Shown here: piece after piece, positions 17,925 to 26,937 of the stretch
How the letters are laid out: every line of letters starts with the position of its first letter
How positions within the stretch are numbered: the stretch's first letter is position 1
Source: a virus
Lineage: Duplodnaviria > Caudoviricetes
Virus record (IMG/VR): IMGVR_UViG_3300021400_000034
Location: 179,337 to 243,336 of that record
Strand: one strand, 5' to 3'
Length of the DNA: 64,000 nt
The notes under the pieces: generated by a model
What the model saw: the letters and a program-made list of their open reading frames with translations, nothing else
Told to the model about the DNA's origin: nothing
The model's database searches: none
Made by a program: the position numbers and the translations under genes

Positions 17925-19124
17925 ATGTTAAGAGTAAACAACAGTGACAACAAAAACTTGGTAATTTTCTATCTAGCTGATAACAGTGGATGCAGTCATG
18001 TTCGTTGCCGTTTCTTCGCTGATTACATCAACGCTAACGACTTTGGACTCAAGGCTGTGATTCTGCCAGTCTACACGACTGACACGGCCATCTTGGCCTC
18101 AGCTAAAGCGATCATCTGGCAGAAGCCCAGCACCTTCAAGCACTTGTCCATCATCCAGAAGTACAAGGGATTCCAGCAGAAGTTCGGATTCAAGCTCATC
18201 TACGAGATGGACGATCTGTTCTTCAAGAGCCCTTTCAGGGATCAAGCGCTTCCTCCTTACAACATGTCTTACGTACGCCGCAGAGAAGCTCACATCGACG
18301 AAGAGATCGAAGAGGCGCTAGCTCAGATCCTTCCGCTCTTCGACACGATCATGTGCTCGACTGACTATCTCAAGAAAGTCGTCACTCAGAAGTACAACTT
18401 GGACAACGTAGTCACTGTCAAGAACACTGTCCCGCGCTTCCTATGGTCCTGCGACAAGAGAAAGCCGATCACCGAAGACATCAAGAAACCTTCAATTCTC
18501 TACTCAGGCGCATCTGGCCATTACATGAACCCGATCCCAGCCCGTCCATCTTCTACTAAAGAGCCTAACGGATTCCCTGGCACTACTGGCGACTTCGGTG
18601 ACTGGAAAAACTCTTGGCGTGAGTGGGTCATCAAGAACGTCAAGGAAGACAAGATCGACTTCAAGATCATGGGCGACTTCCCATACTTCTTCCGAGAGAT
18701 CGCGCCGAAGCTTCAGTTCATCTCTTGGACTAACTCTTACAACTATCCTAGACGCTGTTGGAGCACAAACGCTAACTTCCAGATCGCACCTCTCGTAGAC
18801 AACGAGTTCAACCGCTCGAAGTCTGCTCTTCGATTCTATGAGTCTTCTATCGCGGGCATGGGATTCTTCGGATCTGTGTTCGACGACTCCAACGACAGCC
18901 CTTACGAAGAGATCTTCCCAGACTGCAAAGTCAAAGTCGGAGCATCGATGGAAGAGCTTGACGAGAAGTTCTGGAACATGTGCAAGAAAGAGAACTACAA
19001 TCAGCTCATCGAGTGGCAGTATGACAACCTGAACAAGTCTGGCTTGATCCTCGAGTCATCTGAAGCTATAAACAGGATCCTGTCGATCTGTGATCGCAGC
19101 ACCGAGACTATGGAGACGATCTAA
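17925..19124 (+). CDS. GT-B (GT4-like) glycosyltransferase
   Basis: YEMDD, CSTDYLK, KNTVP and IAPLVDNEFNRSKS motifs; GATAAATA at 17907-17914. Confidence 0.85.
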   Translation: MLRVNNSDNKNLVIFYLADNSGCSHVRCRFFADYINANDFGLKAVILPVYTTDTAILASAKAIIWQKPSTFKHLSIIQKYKGFQQKFGFKLIYEMDDLFFKSPFRDQALPPYNMSYVRRREAHIDEEIEEALAQILPLFDTIMCSTDYLKKVVTQKYNLDNVVTVKNTVPRFLWSCDKRKPITEDIKKPSILYSGASGHYMNPIPARPSSTKEPNGFPGTTGDFGDWKNSWREWVIKNVKEDKIDFKIMGDFPYFFREIAPKLQFISWTNSYNYPRRCWSTNANFQIAPLVDNEFNRSKSALRFYESSIAGMGFFGSVFDDSNDSPYEEIFPDCKVKVGASMEELDEKFWNMCKKENYNQLIEWQYDNLNKSGLILESSEAINRILSICDRSTETMETI

Positions 19125-19345
19125 TGGCTAAGGAACAAGGAATCGTACTCAAGGGAAAAGTGCTTGAAGCTCTCGGAGGCATCAGATTCAGATGCGCTCT
19201 AGAGAACGGTCAAGAAGTGATATGCACTCTAGCTGGAAAGATGCACAACAGGTTTCACATCAGAACGAATCCAGATGACACTGTCGAGATCGAGGTCTGT
19301 CCTTATGACCTGACTCGTGGACGCATAATCTATCGCGATAAATAG
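19124..19345 (+). CDS. infA: translation initiation factor IF-1
   Basis: MAKE..G.VLEAL...FR..LENG.....AGKM...I...D.V.IE..PYDLTRGRIIYR. Confidence 0.93.
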   Translation: MAKEQGIVLKGKVLEALGGIRFRCALENGQEVICTLAGKMHNRFHIRTNPDDTVEIEVCPYDLTRGRIIYRDK

Positions 19346-19366
19346 AAAGATAGAGGAGCACAGACC

Positions 19367-19939
19367 ATGAGGATCAACAATCGTGAGCTAAGACAGCGCC
19401 TTCTAGACTACAACGCTGGAACTATTTCAGATAAAGATCATGCCCAGTTCTGGGACGATCTGCAAGAGATTTGCGCATACCAGATCAAGAAGTCGAAGAA
19501 TGACAAAGCATACTATGACTTCATTCAGGACATGGTGATCTACATCATAGACCACTATCTCCAGAACTTCACTTACTATAAGCCCGATGGAACTGAGAAC
19601 TCCGCTCTCGCATTCTTGCTCCAGTCCGCATACTTCTCTAAGCTGGTCCTCTGGAACAACAAGTATAAGCATGAAAACAACGAATTCATGACGATGAACA
19701 TAGCTTCTGCCGACAACGAAGGAAACTCGACTGAGATGGTCAACACCTGGTCTGAAGACTCTTACGCTGAGATCTGGTCAAGAGCTTGGGGAAAGTCACT
19801 TCCAATCGGTCCCGACGACGGGAAGAAACGCAAGAAGAGAATCAAGGGTTATGACACAGACGGGAACCCTATTGAAGATGAAGTAGAAACTGAAGAGACC
19901 GAGGAAGAAGATGTCGAACTTTCTGAACAATCCGAATAG
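19367..19939 (+). CDS. gp55: late sigma factor (divergent T4 gp55-like)
   Basis: INNREL..L.DY start, DM..Y..NF, SALAFLLQ (cf. NPFAYFTQ); many TATAAATA boxes in the window. Confidence 0.65.
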   Translation: MRINNRELRQRLLDYNAGTISDKDHAQFWDDLQEICAYQIKKSKNDKAYYDFIQDMVIYIIDHYLQNFTYYKPDGTENSALAFLLQSAYFSKLVLWNNKYKHENNEFMTMNIASADNEGNSTEMVNTWSEDSYAEIWSRAWGKSLPIGPDDGKKRKKRIKGYDTDGNPIEDEVETEETEEEDVELSEQSE

Positions 19940-20522
19940 CGAAGCGGGTCTCCATGCGGAGAAGACGTGCGCTGTTCACTTAGCCAACTTATTTCAAGAG
20001 TACAACGTTCCGGCGATAGTCATTCACTCTATCTGCTCGGACGACCAGTATCACGAGGCTCCAGGACTCTTCTGCTGGAAAGACTCCGTCGCTAGAAACT
20101 CTCAGATGGGAGACATCCGCATCTACAAGAAAGACATCAACGACCGTCCAGTACAGAACGCATGCGTATGCATAGACGTGAAGTACTCGAAAGACTGGGA
20201 CTTCGGATCGATCACGTTCAAGAAGCGCTCAGAGAGTCCAAAGCAGGACGCTATGCTTCACTTGTTCGGATGGGTCGGTCGCGGCGTCGACAACACGTTC
20301 TGGTACCTGTCCTACGGAAAGAACGCGAAGGTCGTCATTCCTCTCATCAACGTGAGAGCTTTCGTCAACAGCTGCACCGAAGAAGAGATGCTCAAGATCT
20401 GCAAGAAGACGAAGTATGACGGAGTAGACAGCTGGTACTTCTCGCTGGGAGAAGTCAAGTCCCATCTGTTACCGCTTGATGAGTGGGCGATGACTTACGT
20501 CAGAGGAATCATTGAACAGTAA
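19911..20522 (+). CDS. putative PD-(D/E)XK nuclease
   Basis: GxxAE, GDI and IDVK motif order. Confidence 0.55.
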   Translation: MSNFLNNPNSEAGLHAEKTCAVHLANLFQEYNVPAIVIHSICSDDQYHEAPGLFCWKDSVARNSQMGDIRIYKKDINDRPVQNACVCIDVKYSKDWDFGSITFKKRSESPKQDAMLHLFGWVGRGVDNTFWYLSYGKNAKVVIPLINVRAFVNSCTEEEMLKICKKTKYDGVDSWYFSLGEVKSHLLPLDEWAMTYVRGIIEQ

Positions 20523-20965
20523 TGCCCATAGAAGCATCAGAACGTGTCCAGAACGGCTACTTCTACACGTTCATCTACAAAGCAGCCGACACTAGCCAGG
20601 AAGTCGACGAGACGCCTCTGATCTACTGCATAGGACCTTCGCTGAAGAATCGTAACAATTTCGTAGGTTTGAACCTGCACCATCTTCCAGAGAATGCGAG
20701 AGAGATTCTCATAAGGAAGATGGAGGCAACGAAGAAGGTCGTTTCCAGCGGTTCTAGAGCGGTATTTACCGACACCGAACTAAACACTATGGTACCGGGC
20801 GCAAAAGCCGCTATACGTGAGTATAACCGCAAAAGAGTCTATAGCTGCTACAGGATCGACTCGAAAGAGATTCCGCTATACATCTACGGTGACGGCAAGA
20901 AGAGAACAAAGGTAGACAAGAGCAGACTATCTATGATTCTCCGCAAGCTCGGCATAGCAGTATAA
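20522..20965 (+). CDS. gp2: DNA end protector-like protein (T4 gp2 family)
   Basis: GYFYTFIY, DETPLI and FVGLNLHHLP motifs. Confidence 0.75.
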   Translation: MPIEASERVQNGYFYTFIYKAADTSQEVDETPLIYCIGPSLKNRNNFVGLNLHHLPENAREILIRKMEATKKVVSSGSRAVFTDTELNTMVPGAKAAIREYNRKRVYSCYRIDSKEIPLYIYGDGKKRTKVDKSRLSMILRKLGIAV

Positions 20966-20988
20966 ATAAACAAACGGAAGAGTGAAAG

Positions 20989-21477
20989 ATGATTAGAAAG
21001 ATCGCAATTGACTTGGACGGCGTCGTGGTTGACTTTCTTCGCGGCGCATACTCTGCTGGAATTTTCGATCCAGAGACTGGCCGAATGGATGAAGCTAAGC
21101 TGATGGAAGCCGACGAGCGCTTCTGGGCTGATCTTCCTGCGATCGTCGAAGGTCTCTGGCTCTACTCTAGACTATACGCTTTCTCTCGCAAGAAGGATCT
21201 TACGATCTACATTCTGTCTCATGCAATAAATGAAGCTTCTAAAGCTGGCAAGCGTGAGTGGATTCAGAAGAACTTGAAGACGAACCCGATGGAGATCGTA
21301 TTTGTCGCTAAGAGAAAGGACAAGAACGAGTTCGCTGACTCTCAGACGCTGCTCATTGACGACTACCAGAAAAACTGCGACGAGTTTGAAGCTGCTGGAG
21401 GACACGCTGTGTGCTTCCACCGCCAGGACTTCAAGAAGACATTGGAAGACTTGAGGGCCTATCTACGCGAAATTTAA
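20989..21477 (+). CDS. HAD-family 5'(3')-deoxyribonucleotidase
   Basis: IDLDGVVVDF, FWADLP, KREW and LIDD motifs. Confidence 0.85.
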   Translation: MIRKIAIDLDGVVVDFLRGAYSAGIFDPETGRMDEAKLMEADERFWADLPAIVEGLWLYSRLYAFSRKKDLTIYILSHAINEASKAGKREWIQKNLKTNPMEIVFVAKRKDKNEFADSQTLLIDDYQKNCDEFEAAGGHAVCFHRQDFKKTLEDLRAYLREI

Positions 21478-21487
21478 GGAGAAGGAC

Positions 21488-21751
21488 ATGAATATCAAAG
21501 AAGCGCTAAAGATTCTCGATGAAGCTGATGTCCAGTATGATTATGAGAATCCGAGAAAGACCTGGAGAGACTGGATTGAAGAATATGAAGATCTTCATCC
21601 AAATGGCGAAGACTATAGCTCTTTGGTCATTGATCTGGCAGACGACTGCGACGAAGACTGGAGAAGACACTACTCTGAACCTGAGCAAGCAATCGATCTG
21701 TCATACGAAGACCTCTGCAAGATGTGGGGAACACCAGAAGAGGCAGGATGA
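21488..21751 (+). CDS. acidic hypothetical protein (MNIKEALKIL N-terminus)
   Basis: AAGGAG SD. Confidence 0.75.
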   Translation: MNIKEALKILDEADVQYDYENPRKTWRDWIEEYEDLHPNGEDYSSLVIDLADDCDEDWRRHYSEPEQAIDLSYEDLCKMWGTPEEAG

Positions 21752-22146
21752 AGTTCGACGACTATGTAAAATCGATCACGGAAGCTGTAGAGGAAGTGCC
21801 TAAGATCACTTCTGGGGATCTCGGTGCAGTCGAAGACGACATTCAGGTCGCTCTAGCCGAGTCGGAGAACAAGTGGCTCTCGAAGCGCTTGTCCGACAAC
21901 GCGATCTATCTCTTCAACAACCGTCACTACATCAACGTGACCGAGCTGCGCAACGAGATCGCTCATCTGTACGCGTCTAAGGGCTTCACTGGATCCGGAT
22001 TCGACAAGCTGACCGAAGAAGAGCTCATCGTCTACAAGACGGTCAAGGAGATCTTCGTCCAGCTCATCGCTCAGTCTCTCGGTCCGCAGCTCAGCGCTAA
22101 AGAGACAGCTCAGTCACTATTCGACCGTGAGATTTTCTACGCTTAA
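21748..22146 (+). CDS. hypothetical protein with capsid-targeting-like N-terminus (MKFDDYVKSITE)
   Basis: ATGA overlap; GAGG SD. Confidence 0.75.
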   Translation: MKFDDYVKSITEAVEEVPKITSGDLGAVEDDIQVALAESENKWLSKRLSDNAIYLFNNRHYINVTELRNEIAHLYASKGFTGSGFDKLTEEELIVYKTVKEIFVQLIAQSLGPQLSAKETAQSLFDREIFYA

Positions 22147-22155
22147 TCTTGATTG

Positions 22156-22191
22156 TGCTGCTGGACAGAAATTTGATCCAGCAGCATTTTT
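22156..22191 (+). terminator. intrinsic terminator
   Basis: tgctgctgga/tccagcagca stem followed by T5. Confidence 0.8.
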
Positions 22192-22222
22192 GTAAATTGT
22201 AACTGAAATAGAGAGGTAACTC

Positions 22223-22690
22223 ATGAACGTAACTATCGACAACGCTACACTCGAAGGCTACAAGGCTTTCACCAAGAAAGAAGACCTGATCGTCTACTCC
22301 CAGATCGTGATCAAGACCACGGAAGATGGCCCGATCGAGCTTCTCCGCTACTTCAAGAACACGACCGACCGTTCTGATCTCGAAAAGATCGCAGACTCCG
22401 ACAGCTGGTCGAAGCACACCGTCGAGATGCATGATGAGATCGATCTCGAGTTCGGCGAAGCTAAGCTGCAGTGCAAGATCACAGAGATCGCTGTGAAGCG
22501 CAACCTGAAGAAGCAGAAGACGACTTACAAGCTGACGTTCGAGACAGACATTGCCGCAGAGCAAGTCAGCCAGATGGTCATTCCTTACTTCCATGCTCGT
22601 GAAGAAGATCTTGAACCTGAGAAGCCAGGCAAGATGCCGAAGGGTCCGAAGTACAAGAAGACCATGTTCGTAGCTACTCTGAGCAACTAA
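22223..22690 (+). CDS. hypothetical protein, 155 aa
   Basis: GAGGT SD. Confidence 0.8.
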   Translation: MNVTIDNATLEGYKAFTKKEDLIVYSQIVIKTTEDGPIELLRYFKNTTDRSDLEKIADSDSWSKHTVEMHDEIDLEFGEAKLQCKITEIAVKRNLKKQKTTYKLTFETDIAAEQVSQMVIPYFHAREEDLEPEKPGKMPKGPKYKKTMFVATLSN

Positions 22691-22699
22691 GGAGCTGAG

Positions 22700-22918
22700 A
22701 TGGAACAGGTCACTCTATACACCACGCACTGTCCTAAGTGCGAAGTCCTGAAGAGGAAGCTCACCGAAGCACAGATCTCTTACACGGAAGTCGATGACAC
22801 CGCAGAGATCCTGAAGGTCGCAGAGAAGGGCGGATTCACGATGGCTCCGCTTCTCCAGGTCGGAGACGAAATTCTAGACTTTAGCAAGGCAGTTTCATGG
22901 ATAAAGTCTAAAAACTAG
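22700..22918 (+). CDS. NrdH/glutaredoxin-like redoxin
   Basis: LYTTHCPKC, APLLQV; upstream of nrdD. Confidence 0.85.
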   Translation: MEQVTLYTTHCPKCEVLKRKLTEAQISYTEVDDTAEILKVAEKGGFTMAPLLQVGDEILDFSKAVSWIKSKN

Positions 22919-22929
22919 ACTCCAGAAAG

Positions 22930-23020
22930 TATAAATAATCGACAATGCTACACGGAACTGCATAAAGACCGAGAAGATATGAAGCAGAATGAGGAGTTCA
23001 TTCTGCTTTCATTGTGGCAT
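22930..23020 (+). promoter_or_regulatory. late box followed by a structured leader or putative small RNA upstream of nrdD
   Basis: TATAAATA at 22930-22937; 11-bp stem 22982-22992/22998-23008; outer stem 22945-22952/23013-23020. Confidence 0.45.
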
Positions 23021-23050
23021 AGTAAAGATTTCTGAACCTAAGGAACATAT

Positions 23051-25066
23051 ATGGCAGTCAACAATTCTATTTTCAACATCCCACTAAAAGTAAACAAGGA
23101 CTTCAACAAGGCTCTGTCTTCGATGATGGAGAAGTATGGAGAAGACTTCGAGATTCTCAATGGATTCGCAGAGAAGAACCTGAACTTCTCGGACTTCATT
23201 GACGCATTCACGGCAAAGAACGCAGTCACGGCAGACGTGACAATCGACGCTAACGCAAACGCATCGACTAAAGACATCAGAGCACTTCTCAACGAGAAAG
23301 ACAAGCCGCTCGACAAGATCTTCGCATTCAACAAGCTCTTCCTGGAGCTCAAGCAGAAGTACGGTCTCAAGGTCGCTCGTGAGTGGCTGGAACAGGAATA
23401 CAACGGCGGATTCTATCTGCACGACGCTTGCACTTCAACCTACATGGGCTACTGCTTCGCCTACGATCTTACCCGTCTAGCTAAGGAAGGTCTCTTCTTC
23501 CTGAAGAACTACAACAACATCCCGCCTAAGCACCTCACGACGTTCTTGGACGACGTGATCGAGTTCGTCAGCTTCATGAGCAATCGCAGCTCTGGCGCTG
23601 TCGGCATTCCTAACATTCTCGTCTGGACCTACTATTTCTGGCGCAAAGACGTGCAGCAGGGCTTCTTTACCAAAGACCCTGACAGTTATCTAAGGCAGGC
23701 CTTCCAGAAGCTCATATACCGCCTGAATCAGCCCTTTATGCGCATCGACCAGACAGCATTCGTGAACGTGTCCATCTTTGACCGTCAATACTGCGAATCT
23801 CTGTTCGGCGGTCTAGAGTTCCCAGACGGCACACTGTTCATCGACTGCGTTGATGAGTTCATCGAACACCAGAAGATCTTCATGGAAGTCGTATCTCAGA
23901 TCAGAAGCGAGAACATGTTCACGTTCCCTGTCCTCACTTACTCACTGCAGTTCAAGGACGGCAAGTTCGTCGATGAAGAGTTCGCTCGCTGGTGCTCTGA
24001 CCACAACACTGAGTGGAACGACTCTAACTTCTTCGTCTCCAAGGACGTCACTACCTTGTCTAACTGCTGTCGATTGCTATCCTCGACTACTGGATTGAAA
24101 AAAGACGGAAAGAAAGTCGTTATCGGACAGAACAACGAAAAGCTCAATGGGTTCATGAACTCCATCGGCGGAACCTCGCTCTCTATCGGATCGATCAAGG
24201 TCAACACGATTAACCTCGTGAGAATCGCTATCGAGTCTGGAATCAAGAAGGACAACAAGATCCACAGCATCAACGCTTTCCTCAAGCTGCTGAAGAAGAG
24301 AACCGAGCTCTGCTGCAAGCTTCTCGATGTCCAGCGCGAGATCATCAGAAAGAACGTCGAACGCGGACTTCTTCCGAACTACGTAGAAGGCGGAATCGAC
24401 ATCAACCATCAGTACAGCACGGTCGGCATCCTGGGACTCTACGAGACTATAAAGGAGTTCGGATTCATCGAGACAGACGAGTTCGGCAACAAGTCATACA
24501 CCAAGGAAGGAATCGATCTCGCTCAGGCGATCTTCGACACGATCAATGAAGTGAAGGACAACTTCACTCAGGACTACAGCTTCAACATCGAGTCCGTTCC
24601 TGCTGAGAGAGCTGCTGTCATTCTCTGTCAGAAGGACAACCTTCTCTATGACCGCAACGACGACTTCATCTACTCCAACCAGTGGATCCCGCTCAAAGAG
24701 AAGTGCACGATCCAGGAGAAGATCAGTCTGTCCGCGATCCTCGATCCGATGTGCTCGGGCGGCGCTATCGCTCACATCAACGTCGAGAACAAGTTCCCGT
24801 CGAATGACGTCGCTTGGGAGATGCTGAACAAGATCGCTAGCGCTGGCGTGATCTACTTCGCCTTCAACACGAAGATCAACGTCTGCAAGAATCATCACGG
24901 CTTTGTAGGCAGAGACACTTGCCCAGTCTGTGGCGAGGGCATCTATGACCGATTCACTCGAATCGTCGGCTTCCTGACTCCGACTAAGTCCTACTCTAAG
25001 GACCGCAAGAAAGAGTTCGACGCACGCAACTGGTACGACTACGCTACTCAGCTGAAAGATCTCTAA
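23051..25066 (+). CDS. nrdD: anaerobic (class III) ribonucleoside-triphosphate reductase
   Basis: YLHD, YCFAYDL, TFPV, SNCCRL, ESVPAE, CxxH..CPVC and RIVGFL glycyl-radical motif. Confidence 0.95.
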   Translation: MAVNNSIFNIPLKVNKDFNKALSSMMEKYGEDFEILNGFAEKNLNFSDFIDAFTAKNAVTADVTIDANANASTKDIRALLNEKDKPLDKIFAFNKLFLELKQKYGLKVAREWLEQEYNGGFYLHDACTSTYMGYCFAYDLTRLAKEGLFFLKNYNNIPPKHLTTFLDDVIEFVSFMSNRSSGAVGIPNILVWTYYFWRKDVQQGFFTKDPDSYLRQAFQKLIYRLNQPFMRIDQTAFVNVSIFDRQYCESLFGGLEFPDGTLFIDCVDEFIEHQKIFMEVVSQIRSENMFTFPVLTYSLQFKDGKFVDEEFARWCSDHNTEWNDSNFFVSKDVTTLSNCCRLLSSTTGLKKDGKKVVIGQNNEKLNGFMNSIGGTSLSIGSIKVNTINLVRIAIESGIKKDNKIHSINAFLKLLKKRTELCCKLLDVQREIIRKNVERGLLPNYVEGGIDINHQYSTVGILGLYETIKEFGFIETDEFGNKSYTKEGIDLAQAIFDTINEVKDNFTQDYSFNIESVPAERAAVILCQKDNLLYDRNDDFIYSNQWIPLKEKCTIQEKISLSAILDPMCSGGAIAHINVENKFPSNDVAWEMLNKIASAGVIYFAFNTKINVCKNHHGFVGRDTCPVCGEGIYDRFTRIVGFLTPTKSYSKDRKKEFDARNWYDYATQLKDL

Positions 25067-25087
25067 AATATCTTGACTGCACAAATG

Positions 25088-25118
25088 AAGAGAGGAAGAT
25101 GAAAGTCTTCCTCTCTTT
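25088..25118. terminator. terminator with GAAA tetraloop between convergent genes
   Basis: aagagaggaagat-gaaa-gtcttcctctctt. Confidence 0.85.
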
Positions 25119-25142
25119 ATGTTTAAGATTTCTCTTGATTTC

Positions 25143-25379
25143 TTACAGACCCTTGAGCAAGCGGATCAGATCCTTCTTGAACATCATCGCACGCTTGTAC
25201 TCGCTAGTGAAGCAGATCTTGTGGATCGTCTCGCAAAGATCTGCGCACTCGTCGGCGCTCATGTCGTAGATTGTTTCGAAGAGCTGATCGTAAGTGTCGT
25301 TCGTGTAAGTGTCTGCATATTCCTTGATGACCTTGAGTCCAGAGTCCTTCAAAGTCTTTATAGCTTCTTTCTCGTTCAT
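25143..25379 (-). CDS. late hypothetical protein (MNEKEAIKTLKDSGLKVIKE)
   Basis: TATAAATA on minus strand at 25397-25404; GAGGT SD. Confidence 0.75.
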   Translation of the reverse strand: MNEKEAIKTLKDSGLKVIKEYADTYTNDTYDQLFETIYDMSADECADLCETIHKICFTSEYKRAMMFKKDLIRLLKGL

Positions 25380-25405
25380 AGTGGTACCTCTCGATTTATT
25401 TATAG

Positions 25406-25458
25406 AAAAAGTCCCGTCTCCTAAAGACAAGGACCAGTTGAATTGAAGGAGACGGGAC
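25406..25458 (-). terminator. terminator of the MoxR gene with a 24-nt anti-RBS loop
   Basis: 12-bp perfect stem 25411-25422/25447-25458; U5 tract on the minus strand. Confidence 0.8.
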
Positions 25459-25482
25459 CGAAAGGTTAAGCGGCAGCTTGCG

Positions 25483-26607
25483 CTAAGCGACCTTGGCCGC
25501 GATGGTGGTCTCGTAGAAGGTCTGGAGCTCTTCGTCGGAGATGTCGTAGACCCAGTCTTCCTGAGCCATCATGTCCTGGTAGACCAGGTTGTTGATGATG
25601 GCGACCTGAGCTTCCTTGCTCATGCCTTCACGGATGAAGGCAGAGAAGTTCTTCTTCCACTTCTCGGGAACATCCTTCTTGGTGTCCTTCTTGTAAGCAG
25701 TGACGAAGATCTTAATGTCGTTCGTGAGCTTGGTAGCCGTGGCGACGTCGAAGAGATCATCATCGTTCTTCGGCTTGATGGACTTCCAGTCGCGGAGGAT
25801 GTCCTCAGCGCCAACGGCAGAGGAAGCGTTCTGGTAGAACGGAGCGTATTTGACCGCGATTGTCGGACCTACGTAGCCAGACATCATGTTGATGACGAAG
25901 GCGTTGTCAAGCTTCTTGACGTTCTTGACCTTCTCTGCGTTGTAGAGGTTGTCGGAAGCGTCGAACCAAGAGCGGCGAGAAGGAAGGACGACGAGCTCGG
26001 AGCCGTCACCAGCGCCGACATCCATAGCCTTCGCGTTAGAGAACGGATCGAGGTCGGACTTGTTCTTGGAGAGGTAGTCGATGATAGAGGGGTGTATCTT
26101 CGCAGCCTTAGCGTGAGCCATCCATTCGTTGAAGGTCGGATCCAGCCAGTAAGCAGCGTAGCGGCTCAGCTGTGCGGGGTCAGGAATTTCGCCTTCGTAG
26201 CCGTGGAATCCCGGAGGGTTAGCGGCAGCGAATACGCGAGAGCCCGGAGCGAGCTTCTTGTCAGCGATGGTCTGGTCGAGGCAGAGGCTCATAAGAGCGT
26301 TGCGGACGTCCGGGTTAGCACGGAAGACTTCGTCGAAGAAGAGCAGCACCGGTTCGTCCGGAGAGTACCAGTAAGTGGGGTTGAAGACCGTCTTGCCGTC
26401 CTTGATAGACGGAAGACCGAGGATGTCGCCCACGTCGTTGAGGTGGGTGCAGTCGAAGCAGATGACCTTGAGGCCGAGCTGTTTGCCGATCTGGCGGATG
26501 ACTTGGGTTTTACCGATACCAAACTCGCCAATGGCGAGCATTGCCTTGTGCGACGGGCAGCAGAGGGCGAGGTCGGTGAATTCGGCGATGGAGACTTTTG
26601 CGAGCAT
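25483..26607 (-). CDS. MoxR-like AAA+ ATPase
   Basis: GEFGIGKT Walker A, LLFFDE Walker B, AAANP sensor, DPAQLSR. Confidence 0.9.
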   Translation of the reverse strand: MLAKVSIAEFTDLALCCPSHKAMLAIGEFGIGKTQVIRQIGKQLGLKVICFDCTHLNDVGDILGLPSIKDGKTVFNPTYWYSPDEPVLLFFDEVFRANPDVRNALMSLCLDQTIADKKLAPGSRVFAAANPPGFHGYEGEIPDPAQLSRYAAYWLDPTFNEWMAHAKAAKIHPSIIDYLSKNKSDLDPFSNAKAMDVGAGDGSELVVLPSRRSWFDASDNLYNAEKVKNVKKLDNAFVINMMSGYVGPTIAVKYAPFYQNASSAVGAEDILRDWKSIKPKNDDDLFDVATATKLTNDIKIFVTAYKKDTKKDVPEKWKKNFSAFIREGMSKEAQVAIINNLVYQDMMAQEDWVYDISDEELQTFYETTIAAKVA

Positions 26608-26651
26608 ATTTCTGGTCCTTGTTGAAGTGGCTCTTTTTATCTTACATATAC

Positions 26652-26680
26652 AATATAAGTAAATTCAGAGAAACTCTAAA
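26652..26680 (-). promoter_or_regulatory. early-type promoter TTTAGA-N17-TATATT
   Basis: Motif match. Confidence 0.8.
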
Positions 26681-26688
26681 CCCCTAAA

Positions 26689-26928
26689 TCAAGATTTTTC
26701 TGATTTTTCTTCTACCCTGCTGAATATCGTGAGCAGATCCGAGAAGTCCTTCTTGAACTGGTCAATGCCTATACCGTACTTTTCGAGCACTGCATGACAG
26801 TTGAACCCGTACTTGTTGCTATCCTGATAGTAGATCATAGCTTTTTCGATCTCGTTGTATGAGATCAAATCGTGATATTTCCACTCAACGAATTCGTGTA
26901 TGAATTTAGCGATTTCTCTCTTGTTCAT
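26689..26928 (-). CDS. hypothetical protein, 79 aa
   Basis: GAGGT SD after the VWA stop. Confidence 0.7.
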   Translation of the reverse strand: MNKREIAKFIHEFVEWKYHDLISYNEIEKAMIYYQDSNKYGFNCHAVLEKYGIGIDQFKKDFSDLLTIFSRVEEKSEKS

Positions 26929-26937
26929 GTTTACCTC

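Noticed and set aside
22940-23030. Hammerhead ribozyme or known riboswitch
   Set aside because: No CUGANGA/GAAA core on either strand and no riboswitch consensus recognised
24060-24160. Intein or intron after CCRL in nrdD
   Set aside because: Only a short in-frame insertion; no splicing motifs or endonuclease
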